64,000 nucleotides of DNA from Raillietiella orientalis (taxonomy: Eukaryota): positions 4,650,001 to 4,714,000 of the forward strand of contig JAYWIR010000010.1 in the NCBI GenBank assembly GCA_036172245.1. The letters run 5' to 3'. The notes beneath the pieces were generated by a model that saw nothing but the letters and a program-made list of their open reading frames with translations, did no database searches and had not been told where the DNA came from. The position numbers were made by a program, and so were the translations under genes. Shown here piece after piece: positions 37,001 to 49,393 of the stretch (its first letter is position 1; the number at the start of each line of letters is the position of its first letter).

Positions 37001-40000
37001 TGAGCGTAAAGGTGCTTTTCGAAAATTAACTTGTTCTTATGTATTTATAGATTATCAGCATATGCTTCACAGTTTTATGCTAACGCAGGGAAAAGCTGTT
37101 TGCTTTGAAGCATGTGTAATGTACAAGGGTTTTCCATTTTTTTTTTTTTTTTTTCCTTCCTGATTCATAGTCTGAGAGATGAAATTTCGGTAGTTTTTTG
37201 AAAACGACATTTCTGCCTGCAGAAGGTGTGAAGTTTTGTCACTGTTTTGGTTTCGATGTGTAAAAAGAAACGGAATCACAATGGTGAGTATTAAGACGGA
37301 ACAGGAAAAAAAAAGTGAATCAGTTCATAGTGTGGCTGTATGGAGGACTTTCACAGACTCTGAACTTTTAGTAATATAGGTATTCTTAACTAGAGATGTG
37401 TGTAATCGTTAGAATTGTTGTCATGCTATAGTGGTGTTAATAAACATACAATTATTGCGATCTTTACGTTTTACTTGGAATCCATCCATTCATCATTGTC
37501 ATGTAAATTGTGAAAACAAACAAACAACAAAATTGGTTTTGAAGTAAAAAAAAAAAAAAAAAAAGTGATTCCTCTTTGGTTCCACTTTTTGCATATGTGT
37601 TGTGTTTTTAATGAGCTATTTAAAAGTATTGGTTACTTGTTGAAAACTAAGAACCAGAACCTTTAATGAGGCAACCTTTGTTTGCAAAATGCATGTACTG
37701 GTCAAGTGCACTTGAATTTACACGATTTCTTCATGAAGTTATGAAGCATATTTTCTTATTGAAATCAATAGTAGGATAGGTAGTAACACTGTATCAATTT
37801 TATGACAGAGATGATCTAAACATAATGGGATGCTTATTTTGATTTTCATTGAAGAGGATGGGATAGATGTGCTTAGTAAATTATACAATTTAGTAGGAAA
37901 ATAGTTCCGAATTCGGTACGTTGGTTGTTCAGATGCCATGCAAGTTTCCAAATATTTGAGACGTAGTAGTAACTGTATAAATAATGCGTCTTGTTTATAA
38001 AGTTCTGCTTACAAATGCATGCATGTATGTGCTTTTATAAAATTAGAGAAAACTGTACACAGCATGAGTTAACATTTTAAAAATGATACGGGCGTGTTTT
38101 ATTGAATTTGGTAATGTTTAAAATTCAGTTTGTTTTAATCCTTTTACTGCTAAAATTTATTTTTGTTTTCAGCGTGAACGCAAGGAGAGAAAACGATATA
38201 CTGACGATTGGACATTAGCAGAGGAGGAGTTAGAAGGAGGACGTTCCTATCGTCTTGAAGAAAAGCTAGAGTCTGAGAAATATACAGCATGTTTTGTCAA
38301 AGAAATGAAAGGATCAGGTATTTTGAAAGTTTTTAAGACCATACATGGTAACAATTTTACATATTGGTGTACAGAGTTGACTCTGGAACATGTGCAGCGC
38401 CATGGCTTTACTATACCTGTGCTTATTCATGATAAAACTGGCCTAGGGATAAAGATCCCAAGTCAAAATTTTACCGTCAATGATGTACGCATTTGTGTGG
38501 GTTCACGGCGTATCTTGGATGTCATGGACACAGCAACTCAGAGGAATGTTGAAATGACTTTAAAAGAATGGCAGCGTTACTTTGAAAGCACGGAAAGGGA
38601 TCGTATATTGAATGTGATCAGTTTGGAGTTCTCAAGAACTAGACTTGAGCAGTATGTTGAAGCCCCAAGAATTGTTAGACAGTTGGATTGGGTAGACCGT
38701 GTTTGGCCCAGACACCTCAAAGAACAACAACAAGAAGCAACTAATTTGTTAGATGATATGATGTATCCTAAAGTGCAAAAATACTGTTTAATGTCTGTTG
38801 GTGGTTGTTATACAGATTTCCATGTCGACTTTGGAGGAACTTCAGTGTGGTATCATGTGTTAAGAGGACGTAAAATTTTCTGGTTAGCACCACCAACTGA
38901 AAAAAATTTGCGTTTATATGAACAGTGGGTGTTATCAGGAAAACAGGGAGATGCATTCCTAGGAGATGCTTTTGACAAATGTGGGCGTGTCACACTTGTA
39001 GATGGAGATACGTTTTTCATTCCAACTGGTTGGATTCATGCAGTTTATACACCTGAAGATTCTTTAGTATTTGGTGGCAATTTTCTCCATTCCTTTGGGA
39101 TGGAGAAACAGCTGAGGATAGCACAAGTAGAAGACACCACAAGAGTATGTCCCCTTTAGCTTGGTATGCTTATTTTTAGTGTTTTTATTTTAGGTACCAC
39201 AAAAGTTCCGCTACCCCTTTTTCACTGAGATGTTATGGTATGTACTGGCACGCTATGTGGAGTGTGTTTTGGGAAGAAACAGTTTAAAACTACCGGATGG
39301 AGCACTTGAGAGTAAACCGAAAAATTTGAATGCCTCCCATATACACCTGACACCACATGAATTGCATGGATTGAAAGCAATCGTCATGTATCTTCATGCA
39401 CTCCCTGCAAATAAGAAAAATGTACCTGAAATAATTCATGATGTTGTTGGTCTTATTCGAGATGTACGCACCCTTGTTGAACAGCATCGACGTGATTCAG
39501 CAGAACAGGCCATTACAGGAAGGCCCATTTTAATTTGGCCTGATGAGGATGAGGTATGTCAGGATTTTCATTATGGTTATTTGTGGCTTTGCAGTTTGGT
39601 TTGTCGAAAGAATCTTCTGTGGATCGAGTGGCAAACAGACTTCAGAAAGTAAAAGCTTCGCGTGGAACTAAAGGGAATTTGTCCACCAAAGCTGCAAGGC
39701 GGCGACGTACACGTTGTCGGCGTTGTGAAGCATGTTTAAGAGAGGATTGCGGCGAATGTGCTTTTTGTCGCGACATGGTTAAATTCGGAGGTCAAGGTCG
39801 TGCCAAACAAAGTTGCATGTTAAGGCAATGTTTGCAACCCATGCTCCCAATTACTTCTGTGTGCCGTGTTTGTGGCAAGGATGGTTGGGGTCAAGCAGCA
39901 CATGCACAACATAAACCTGGCTTAAAGGAAGAGTCAAGCACGTTAATGGAATGCTCTGTATGCTGGGAAATTGTTCACCCAACTTGTGCTGCAATAGTAT

Positions 40001-41376
40001 CCGGAAGTGATGCAGAAGGGATTCCTAATGAGGATTTGCCAAACAGTTGGGAATGCCCTCAATGCTGCCGTGAAGGTCGCAATCTGGAAGCAAAACCCCG
40101 TCATTTTCGTGCTCGCAGTAAAGTAGTATCGGCAACTCAAGAGGCAGATGATGCTCACGATGCAACAGAGCTTGAGAAGGAAAACTGTGATGCTGAAGCA
40201 TCTAATCAACTTAATTTGAGTTTTGGTCAAGATGAAATCAGCAGTGGCAAGCGTAAACTGGAGAATGTTAACGATGAAGCTAATCATGTCAAAAAAATAA
40301 AGGAAGTAGATTCTTCCGATAGAAGCAGTGAAGAGCCAGTTAAGTGTGCAGCAAACCTGTTATCATGCACACCAGGCTTTAAAAAAAACCTTGGCAAACA
40401 TCACAAAAACCAGTTGGCCACTAAACTGCAGTCTCTTGCTCTACCTCGCCCTCTTAAGAAATCTGCACATCTGACCCGACCTGCTTCTGCACATCAGGAT
40501 GATGATGAACTCGATTTGTTATTGCGTACCAACCCACAAGAAAGAGCAGCCCTTAATCTCGCACTTGAAAAAAGTGTAATGTTGCATGTGTTTCGCTTCC
40601 TCACTGTATCTGAATTATGTTCAGCAATGTTAGTGTGTCGTGCATGGCATCGAATTTGTTCAGATCGCCGTTTGTGGTTGCATATAGACTTATCTCATCG
40701 AAAAATTTGCCCTTCTCATATGACTGGAGTGGTTCGTCGACAGCCAGAAAGAGCTGATTTTAGCTGGAGTTCTGTAACACGTAAACAGCTGGAATGGCTT
40801 GTTGGCAGATTACCCCATTTGTCACATTTAGCACTACAAGGTTGCAGTTGGCATGTCATAAGTGCCTTGCGTACCTGTAACTGTCCCCTTCTTCTCTCAC
40901 TTGATTTGCGTTTCATGGAAGGCCTCAATGACACTCATATTAGAGATATTTTATCACCACCATTGGATTCACGTCCAGGATTAGTGGATAGCAAGAGCCG
41001 CCTGCGCAACCTGCGTGACCTTTGTTTAGCAGGATGTGACATTTCTGATGTCAGTTTGCGTTATATAGCACAACATTTAAAACTTCTCAGTCGCTTAGAC
41101 ATAAGCTCGTGTTACAAAATAACAGATGCAGGCATAGCTTTGCTAGCAGCATCTGGATCTCCTATGCAGGAATCCCTAACTGCACTTGATTTACGGGGAT
41201 GTAAAAATATATCTGATTCTGGTGTAGAGCATCTCAAAAATTGTGAAGCCTTGGTTCATTTGGACTTGCAGCATACTCCACTGATTACATATGCTGCAGT
41301 GCGCAATTTGGTGATGAACAGTAGACATCCTTTGCAAGCAACAGCTGATAAGCTTGTGGAACTGCGAGTCACATGA
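29388..41376 (+). CDS. KDM2: Lysine-specific demethylase 2 (JmjC, CXXC, PHD, F-box, LRR), 5 coding exons, ~1033 aa
   Basis: Exons 29388-29432 (MPADETSKRETARNL), 38173-38317, 38375-39144, 39194-39553, 39595-41376 join in phase. JmjC TDFHVDFGGTSVWYH...GWIHAV; CXXC RRRRTRCRRCEACLREDCGECAFC; PHD, F-box and LRRs. The first exon is less certain than the rest. Confidence 0.95.
33680..34330. promoter_or_regulatory. CpG-island-like element inside KDM2 intron (possible alternative promoter/enhancer)
   Basis: Very GC/CpG-rich, with a (GA)n tract, palindrome GCGCGCATGCGCGC at 34182-34195 containing the NRF1/EWG consensus, a YY1-like AACATGGC, and donor g|gtgagc at 33855. Confidence 0.5.
34055..34083. 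repeat. (AG)n microsatellite
   Basis: About 14 AG units read directly. Confidence 0.95.
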
Positions 41377-41418
41377 TTATGGACAATGATGTGTATTATT
41401 TGCTTCTCAATAAAAACA

Positions 41419-43952
41419 TTATACTGTTACAGCAGCATGCTGTCGGAAGCGAGTTTGTTCTGGACTGAAACCTTGTTCTTTAGCACCATACACAGCCCAA
41501 GATGGTGTAGGTACTGAATATTCCTGTAAAGATTTACAGCACATGATTTGCTAGTAAGTAAAACTTACAAGATCTGTAAACTCTCGACCATCTACTTGAT
41601 AGGCCGTTACTAACTCAAAAAACTTGTCATAATCAATCCAGGTGTTCCAGGTTCCATTGCAAAAAAACTAAAATGTAATGAAATCACTACTACACGTAAT
41701 TACTAAAGTACTTTTTGATGTGCAAGTAATACACAATTTGAATGCTCATGTTCACATGCTAGCTGATACTGTGGAAGCCAAGCTTTGAGATCTTGAGCAA
41801 ACTTTTGCACTTCCTGATGCCATGGAACATTATTCATTGTTAAACGATTGGTTTTAGATGTACCACAGTAAGTTACACCCTAACAAAAGACAATATAATG
41901 CAATTATCATTCTTACAACTACCTTCACTTCAATGAAACTTGGATTTCCTAATTTGACAAGTTGAGCATATCCTTGTATTTCTTCTGTGTTCCATCCCTT
42001 TACAAGAGTGAGTCGGTATACTGTCCGACCACGTTTTTGTGAGAGTGCTTTCAAACTGTTTTGCAATCTTTCCCAGAAATCTTGAAACAGCGGCCGATCA
42101 ATTTCCTTCAATGCAGCTTTACTGCTTGCATCAACACTTACATAGAGCTGTGTAATTGGATGGAGCTGCCTACACAAATTCGCTTACCAACATGAGTTTT
42201 CAACTGCAAATTACCTTATAGCATCAGGGAATTGACCATTGGTGACTAAAAAAGTTGAAATACTTTTCTTATGGAGTTCATCAACCAAACTGTTTATATC
42301 AGGGTACATGATTGGTTCTCCAACCAGAGACAGAGCACAGTGACGAACTGTCTTTGCATCCTGCCAGTGTTTCTCCACAACTCCTGGTACTCCTAAACGA
42401 ATTCTTTTCCTTACCAGAAATTTCATACTCACCTCTTAGTTCCTTTATTAATTTGGCATGAGACTCCAAGAGCCCTTCAACAATAACTTCTGGACTGTCA
42501 GATTTCCATTGCCACTTTGTACCTACAGGATTACTCTGATGACGCCAACAAAATACACATTTATTGGCACAAGCTAAACTAGGTGTCGCTTCCATACATA
42601 AATAGGATTGAATTCCGTAAAATGTATGCTTGTAACAACCACCTCTTCCACGCAACATTGACTGTAAGGAATTTTATGATGCACAAAATGTGTTGCATCT
42701 AACCTTTGTCCAACGGCATAGTTTAGTACCTGAGTGAGACCCTACAAGTTTGTAACCTTGTTTGCTTAATGATTTTCTTATAAGTGGAGTTAACATTTCT
42801 GTTGGTTCCTTTGTTACACTGCCACTGTTGGAATTTTTGGAAGCTAACAAATGATTTCCTAAATCTTCCAAATCCAGTAACTCGGATTTCTCCTCATCAG
42901 ATAAACTTACTTCATTCTCCTGAATGAAATCAATCATATCTGCATTTTAAAATAAAGAGCACCTTACAAGGAATTCATGTTTACTTATTGCAGGTTGACT
43001 TGGAGAGGCATCACTGCTTACACAATAACTTTCAACAACAGTTCTCCAATTAATGTACTGCATTTCTAATGATTTTCTGTTAGAACCTTCATCTGCTAAA
43101 GTAAGTTTGAGCACAGGCTTTGCTTGTAAGTTAGTTAAAACTTTATCTAGTTCTAGAGCCAACTAGTTATAAATGACAAAATCAATTGCTGCTCCTTTTT
43201 TTATTCTGTCAATATCTCACAGAATTGAAATGATGGAGATATAAAGAATTTCCAATACCAAATATCCCATATTTCATGCCACTTAAAAGTCCATGCGAAA
43301 CTCGAAAATCCTGACTGCAATCAGTCAACCACTGAAAAAACCATCGGCAACCATCGGGTGCATTACCATCATTGTATGTGGATACAATGAATAAAAACAA
43401 TGTCGAGTTATCTATCTACAAGATTGTCAGTGAACTTAAATAACCTTTTCTAAAATGCCTTACAAGATCAATTAGGCCATCTTCTGGATTATAATTACAT
43501 ATATTAATTTTCTCAGACTCCATGCTATGGTTCATAAGATGTGACTGTAAATTTTCTGCAAAATTCTAAAATGCAAGTAACATAAAAATTAACCGGTATA
43601 CCTGTAACGAGTTCAGTTTAAGAAATGTATAAGTATAGTAACGTATAATAATCACAAACCATACCTTCGAATTCCCAGTTTGAGATGCAAAAAATATTAT
43701 TGCTTTCCGAATACCGTTTGCAGTTTGAATTCTTAATTTTCTTTGCGATTTCGCTTTAACACTGCGAAGGTTTCTTAAATATGCAAAGACTGAATGGCAT
43801 CCTCCAACAACAGTACTTCCAAAAGTTGGAAAAATTAGACCCAAAACAAACAGGAAACACAGGGGTACAAATAATGTCCTCAACAAGCCCTGATCTTCGT
43901 CAACAGACAAAAGATTAAGGATATGACCATATAGGCTAACAACCGCATGCAT
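41419..43952 (-). CDS. TYW1: tRNA 4-demethylwyosine synthase TYW1 (flavodoxin + radical SAM), multi-exon
   Basis: N-terminal hydrophobic segment; flavodoxin FFASQTGNSK, STYNDG, YGIFGIGNSLY; GYKLVGSHSG, CYKHTFYGI, radical SAM SLACANKCVFCWRH, HCALSLVGEP, FLVTNGQFP, RTVYRLTLVKGWN; last exon TPSWAVYGAKEQGFSP. Confidence 0.96.
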
Positions 43953-46457
43953 TTTGAAACCACTGAGGGTTTTGATCAAAAATATTTTCGTCTATTTGCA
44001 AAGTATTGGTCAAAGACACAGCACTAACTCCTATCAATATGATTACCATATGGGTGCAGAAGTGGTGCAAATGTACATATTCACAGGCTGTTTGTCAAAA
44101 TCCCACACAACACAATTCTAAAAATAGCCACTTCGATCACATCTTACAGTAAAACCAATTATGATTTCGATCCAAACACTCGGCCTTGTGAAAATGGACA
44201 GTACTTAATAAGGGATCAGCATACGTTTAATATGGATACACCATTGCATGGATTTCCTCGTTTTTCTTCCCTCACACTTCCAATTAACGACTCACTCCAC
44301 AAATCTCTTTGGATTTTTCATGCTTCCCTTCAAATTCTCAGCTTCGCACTTCACGTTCCCACTGACTTCTCCAACAGCATGGGATGGATTCTGTGTACTC
44401 GATGCAGCGTCTTAGTGAAGCTAAAAAGTAAAAAATGTGCAGATTTCATTTTGAAAAATCTAACCACGGAAGCACATTTCAGTGTTCTTCCATTCTACTG
44501 CATTTTCGTAATCTTTTAATTTTCCTCTCTGTGTAGAAAAAAACAACACGTTTAAGCCTGTGAATGCAAAACCAAACATTCATAGTTTCGATTTGTCAAA
44601 AAAAGTTATAATTTTAAATGAATCATTCTATATTCCGAAGCTTGTATACAATTTTCTTCGGTTCAGTAAATGGGTAAGAACTTCTGAGTGGTAACCACAT
44701 TTCATTAAAGAGAGGACATTTCATTCACCCAACTTTCGAAAGCCGAGTGTATCATTCTTACACTGTGTTCGGAAACCTTAACTTTGTTGCACACAGCGAG
44801 GAGAAGGTGTTGGTGGGTAGTGGTTGATGGTTCATGCCTCAAATAGGGCTTCTGTAGGGGAAGCAATCTGAAGTATACTACGAAGTGAGCTTCGGCCAAG
44901 GAAGAGTGCATGGTACCTTTGGTGCTCTTTGTACCTTCTTTAGCATGCAACTCCCATTCAGGCAACCGCAATGCAGATCTCTTCATGGAAGCAAAGACTT
45001 GCAAAAATCCGGAGTCAAAGGAAGAGGAGCCGGTGGTGAGTTTGATGGCACCACGAGGCAGGAGCAAGTGAGGTTCAGCTGTTTTCGGCTGCAATGGAAG
45101 TTCGCCCAAACAGACTTTTTCACCTTCAGGAGAGTTCGTGATGCGAAACCTCGTTGCAGTTGGAAGTGCAGAGTTTGGTTGGCGAATTCGCATTTTCCGA
45201 ATGCGGAGATTTTTCTTTGATGCAGAATCCGGGAGAACTTGTGGATGAAGAAGGAACGAGAAGGAGAATGTTCCGTGTTGAAAACTGGTGAGCCAATGGT
45301 AGCCAGCACAAAAGATACCACCGAGAGATATACAAGGCCCCGTTGAGAGTATAGCAAAAATTTCGGAAGAGGATCGCATGACTAATGTGGAATGTAAAAT
45401 GCAAGTGCATGCCACGAATGTTGCTTCTTCTTAGGATAATAAAGGATAAGGGATGGGTGAACCCAGAAAGTAGAGTTGCATGGTCATTCCGTTGAAGCGA
45501 AGCTTGCAGCTGGCAGATAAGCAGAAACCATTTGTCCCTACTGAGAAGGTCAAATGCACCATGCAAGAGCGCATGGTAATTCAGACACAGTTGTTCTCGC
45601 GGTTCTGCAGGTCTTGCATCAATGTGGGTAGCGTGCACGAATCCGGAAGCCAGACAAGTTTCGGTTTCCGTGGGGATTTGCATGTCGGCTCGAGTCGACC
45701 GACATCATGAGGACTGAAGCGAATTCGGTTAGCAGCTGGATGCTGCGTGCAACAGGGAAGAGGGCATTCAGGCAGAAACCACGAGATCAGTCGCAATCTC
45801 CTATTTTGAGTCATCCGAAAAGTCTGACTAGCAGTGGACATAGTCTTCCCACCGCGGTGCGAAGGGATGAACGAGTTCCCTTTTCGTGAGGAAAAAGTGG
45901 AAAATTTGTTCGGCTGGTACTAAATGGGTGGACGGCATGCCCGGTTTGGATTCTCAATATGGGTCCGTCCAATCTTCTGACTGTTGCTGCCTTGGTCAGC
46001 TTTGGGTGGAATCCGCTGTGGCTGAAACTTCATCTTCGCTACTTTGGAGAGCAGTGGTTTCACGAGAGTTGGCTCTCGCTGGACGGCGCAGGGTGCGTGT
46101 TGCATTTGGAAGCGAAAAAGGAGCGTCCCATTCCAATGTGTGCCAAAATTGAGTGGATGCAGTCGAACTCGCAGTTTCGAAGTCGACTTTGATCTTTTGC
46201 GGTTCTTTTCTGCTTGTTTTCCTCATTCAGAGCATTCGAGGGAACGAGGCAAAATGAAAACAACGCTGAAAAGTGGCTGAGCATTCTGCACAACTTGGTT
46301 GGTGCCGTCGCATGGTGCCGAACTCTCGGTAATGTGGAATGGGCGACTTGGCAGTCGTGGACCATCCAAGAACTGAAAGATCATTCGAAATTCGACACGT
46401 ATTTATTGTGACTGCTTTGCCTGCATTCGAACGTGCAAGCAAAGCAGGCCTTCCGGG

Positions 46458-47768
46458 TCACCGGGGCGTAGGAGAGTGGGAAGAGGTCGGCAAGGGTGGA
46501 GGTGGGGTGTGCTCCTCAACGCTGGCACCTTTTGCGTGCCATGGGACCCACGTCGTGTGATGGGTTTTCGCCAAACTGTGCAACTCGGACAATACGGCCA
46601 TCCACGACTTCACCCAACACACATGATCATCGCTGAAAGAAACGAGCAAGCACCATCTTTTCCCGATCTTCCCTTCGACCCGGAAACTCACTTTTGCTTC
46701 CATTCCTGGAGGACGCGCTTCACGGGGAGTCGGCATAAAAACATCATGTCTCGAACAGCATCCGCGGGATAGGGGCTCTACGAAAAGGAAAGAAAGTTTG
46801 CGGATGCGTGCCCGACCACCTACCATGGTCACCCAAAGGATGGCTGCCACACTCTGGCTGATCACACACAGGTGAACATGCGTCTCGGTGTCGCGCTGAC
46901 TTTGCTCGAATGCCTCGATCTGCACGATGCACTCGGAAAGCGGTTGAAGGAGGTCGAGCACTTTCGAGTCGTCGGGTTCCTGCGAGCGGCATATTAGTTG
47001 CATCAAACGCCCCTGGATCCTGCAACGGGAAAGAAAGATGGTTAGCAACTGGGAAACCGAGGAGAGGGAACCTTCCATCGTGGCCTTATGAACAACAAGC
47101 GCTTACTTGAATGCTTTCAGCACCATGTCCGAGTGCTTGCGAACCGCTTCCGAGATCTTGGCCGACAGATTGCGGTAGACGGCCAAAGATCCCTTCCCAA
47201 TTCGGGCGTAATCTTCGAGCCACGGATTGCTGATCTCGGGAAACAGCGGCAAACAAGGTATCGACATTCTGGACGATGGAAGGCACGCTGTTTCTCCATT
47301 GCGAGCTGTTAGCAACCCGTGAGTTGTGAGCTGATGAGCCAAGCCGTGTTAGGTCGACAGAAAGCGAGAATGGCTGCTCGAGCTCATCTTCGCTACACGC
47401 GTCGCTCTGCCGATTTCGGCTATTCCAGGCAGCGCGGACGTGCACATCGGACTTGCGGGCAAGCAGCAAGCCATTGCACGCGGACAGTCGCAATTACCAA
47501 AGCCATCCGACTGCTCCACGCCAAGTTCGGCCTCCGTTGCCGCAGCTTCCAGCGCCGTGGCTACTATCTCCAATCGCGTTATCAAGGATTCCAGTGCCGG
47601 GACCACGCACTCGATTTGCCCTTTGGGAAAAACAAGAAGCGTCTCATTAGCATTTTTCATGCATTCAACCGATCGGACAACGCGACGGCAACACGCGTGC
47701 CTCGCAAGCCGTCGGCGCACCGCTCCCGCCACCGCCATCACGTCGAAACGCTGCCATGAGAGAAGCAC
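46458..47768 (-). CDS. Divergent adenylyl cyclase-associated protein (CAP/Srv2)-like gene, N-terminal domain only; start codon uncertain
   Basis: RLE motif LESLITRLEIVATALE; helical domain GSLAVYRNLSAKISEAVRKHSDMVLKAF|LLQPLSECIVQI..HLCVISQSVAAILWV|PYPADAVRDM..KRVLQEWK|DHVCWVKSWMAVLSEL..HHTTWVPW; then PPPPLP and a stop. Confidence 0.8.
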
Positions 47769-48020
47769 ACGAAACGTTCGTGCGAAGGGAAATTATCGTT
47801 CCTTTTCTTCGCATCCCAAGTGCAATTGCCTTGCTTCCGGAACGTTCGGCTCGGCAAAATGCTCACGCAGCCGCTTGCACTCGGATAAATGGCCACCTTG
47901 TTCCGGAAAGAGTTTGAAGAACAAATCGCGCCTGTGAAATTCCCGAAGGCAACGCAGCGGCGCTCTTTCCAGACAAGCCTGCAGTTTTCCGAAATGCGCA
48001 CCCCTTCTACCGGCTTCCGG

Positions 48021-49393
48021 TCAAGAACACGTGCAACGGCTCTTCTTCTTTTCCGTCCTTCCTTGTTTCGCGCACAAGCGAAGAAAAAGCAAGTTTCTCG
48101 ACCAAACGCATGCAAACTCGTTGCGAGCTCCACACGAGCCACGCACAGGTACGCGTACGTTCGTGCGCGAACGTGCAGAACGAGCGACGCGCATCCGCAA
48201 ACTCCACCCGGGGCACCGAACGGGAGCAGACGCGTGTGCAGTGGCCGGAATGCAGAACCCGTTCCACCAACCTTCTCGGCAATAATCTCCATAGTCGCAC
48301 TGAACGCTGCGGCTGACCAGCCACCCATCTGGAGAGGTCTGCTTTCTTCTTCGCAGTTGGAGGCTATGTGTGCCTGCGCACCCATCCACAGCTGCCGAGG
48401 GCAGTTCGGCGCCATCGACTCCCCAGACACGGGAATGGCGGCAGTCGTTTCCTTCGTTCCGCTTCGGCTCCGTGAGCAGCATCGAGCAGCAATGCTCTTC
48501 CTGCTCCCTGGCTACGTCGCCGCCTCCGTCTTTGCCTCGCAGTTTGCTCGAGACTTCGCGTTTCGTAGGTTCGTTCCCTGGCAAGGACGTTGCCAGGGTC
48601 GCGTCTTCTCCGGTTCTCCTTCCCCTGTGCTTGGAGAACCGGAAGCAAGCTAGCGTTTTTCCTTTCTTCGCCTTTTCGTTCGTAGTCTTCGTTCGTTCGC
48701 CGTTTCCATGCTCCTGCTTGGAAGCAATCGTTTCGGCCGCCTCCTTGTCGTCACCCGGAACCATTTGCCTTTTGCGATTCGCAGGCACGCGTTCCTTCGT
48801 CTCCTGTTGCTTCTGAACTTCTACCTTCTTCGGCACGAACCGATTCCGTTTGTTGCCGGATTTCTTCTTGCATTCCCGATCTTCCTCCCGTTTCTCTTTC
48901 GCTTTCTGTCTTTCCTCCTCGTTTCTCTTCTTCTTCCGTTCATCTTTCAGTTTCTCGTCTCGCTTCCGTGCTTCCTTGGTGGCTTTTTCCCCCTCTTTCT
49001 GCATTCCTTGCTCTCCTTCTCTTGTGGAGTGAGGTTGCTTTTGAAGAACGAGGTTGCTTTCACGAGCTTCTTGCAGCTTTTGTCGGTAGTCGGGGAGCCG
49101 TTCGCAACAGGTACTCTCTCGGCTGGTCCGCTCCCCGCTTCCTCCGCTCCGTTCATCTTGCCCTTGCCTTTCTTCCAGCTGAACCAAAGCCATCTCTTCG
49201 GCTTGGGTTCCGCGCGGGAAGGCTCACTGCTGCTCTCCGCTGGCCACTCCTCTTCCGTTTGCTTCTGGATTCTCGGAGAAGACACGGTAGCAGAGGATGC
49301 CTTCGCGTACACACTCTCAGTGTCTGCGGTCCGAAACGAAGCTTTTTGCTTCGGCGATTCGGACTCCTCCTTCCCGATACGCAAGGAAGACAT
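48021..49393 (-). CDS. Putative Lys/Glu-rich low-complexity protein, apparently split by a frameshift near 48990
   Basis: Overlapping ORFs 48947..49459 and 48021..49193 with strongly purine-rich codons; the frame switch falls at the G5A5 run. Confidence 0.4.

Noticed and set aside
38318..38374. 19-aa insertion in the KDM2 N-terminal region suggested by the ORF track
   Set aside because: It is a 57-nt GT-AG intron that happens to be in frame; the same applies to 63095-63139 in the astacin gene.
44670..45900. Plus-strand multi-exon gene suggested by several donor and acceptor sites
   Set aside because: I could not assemble a stop-free frame or find a motif.
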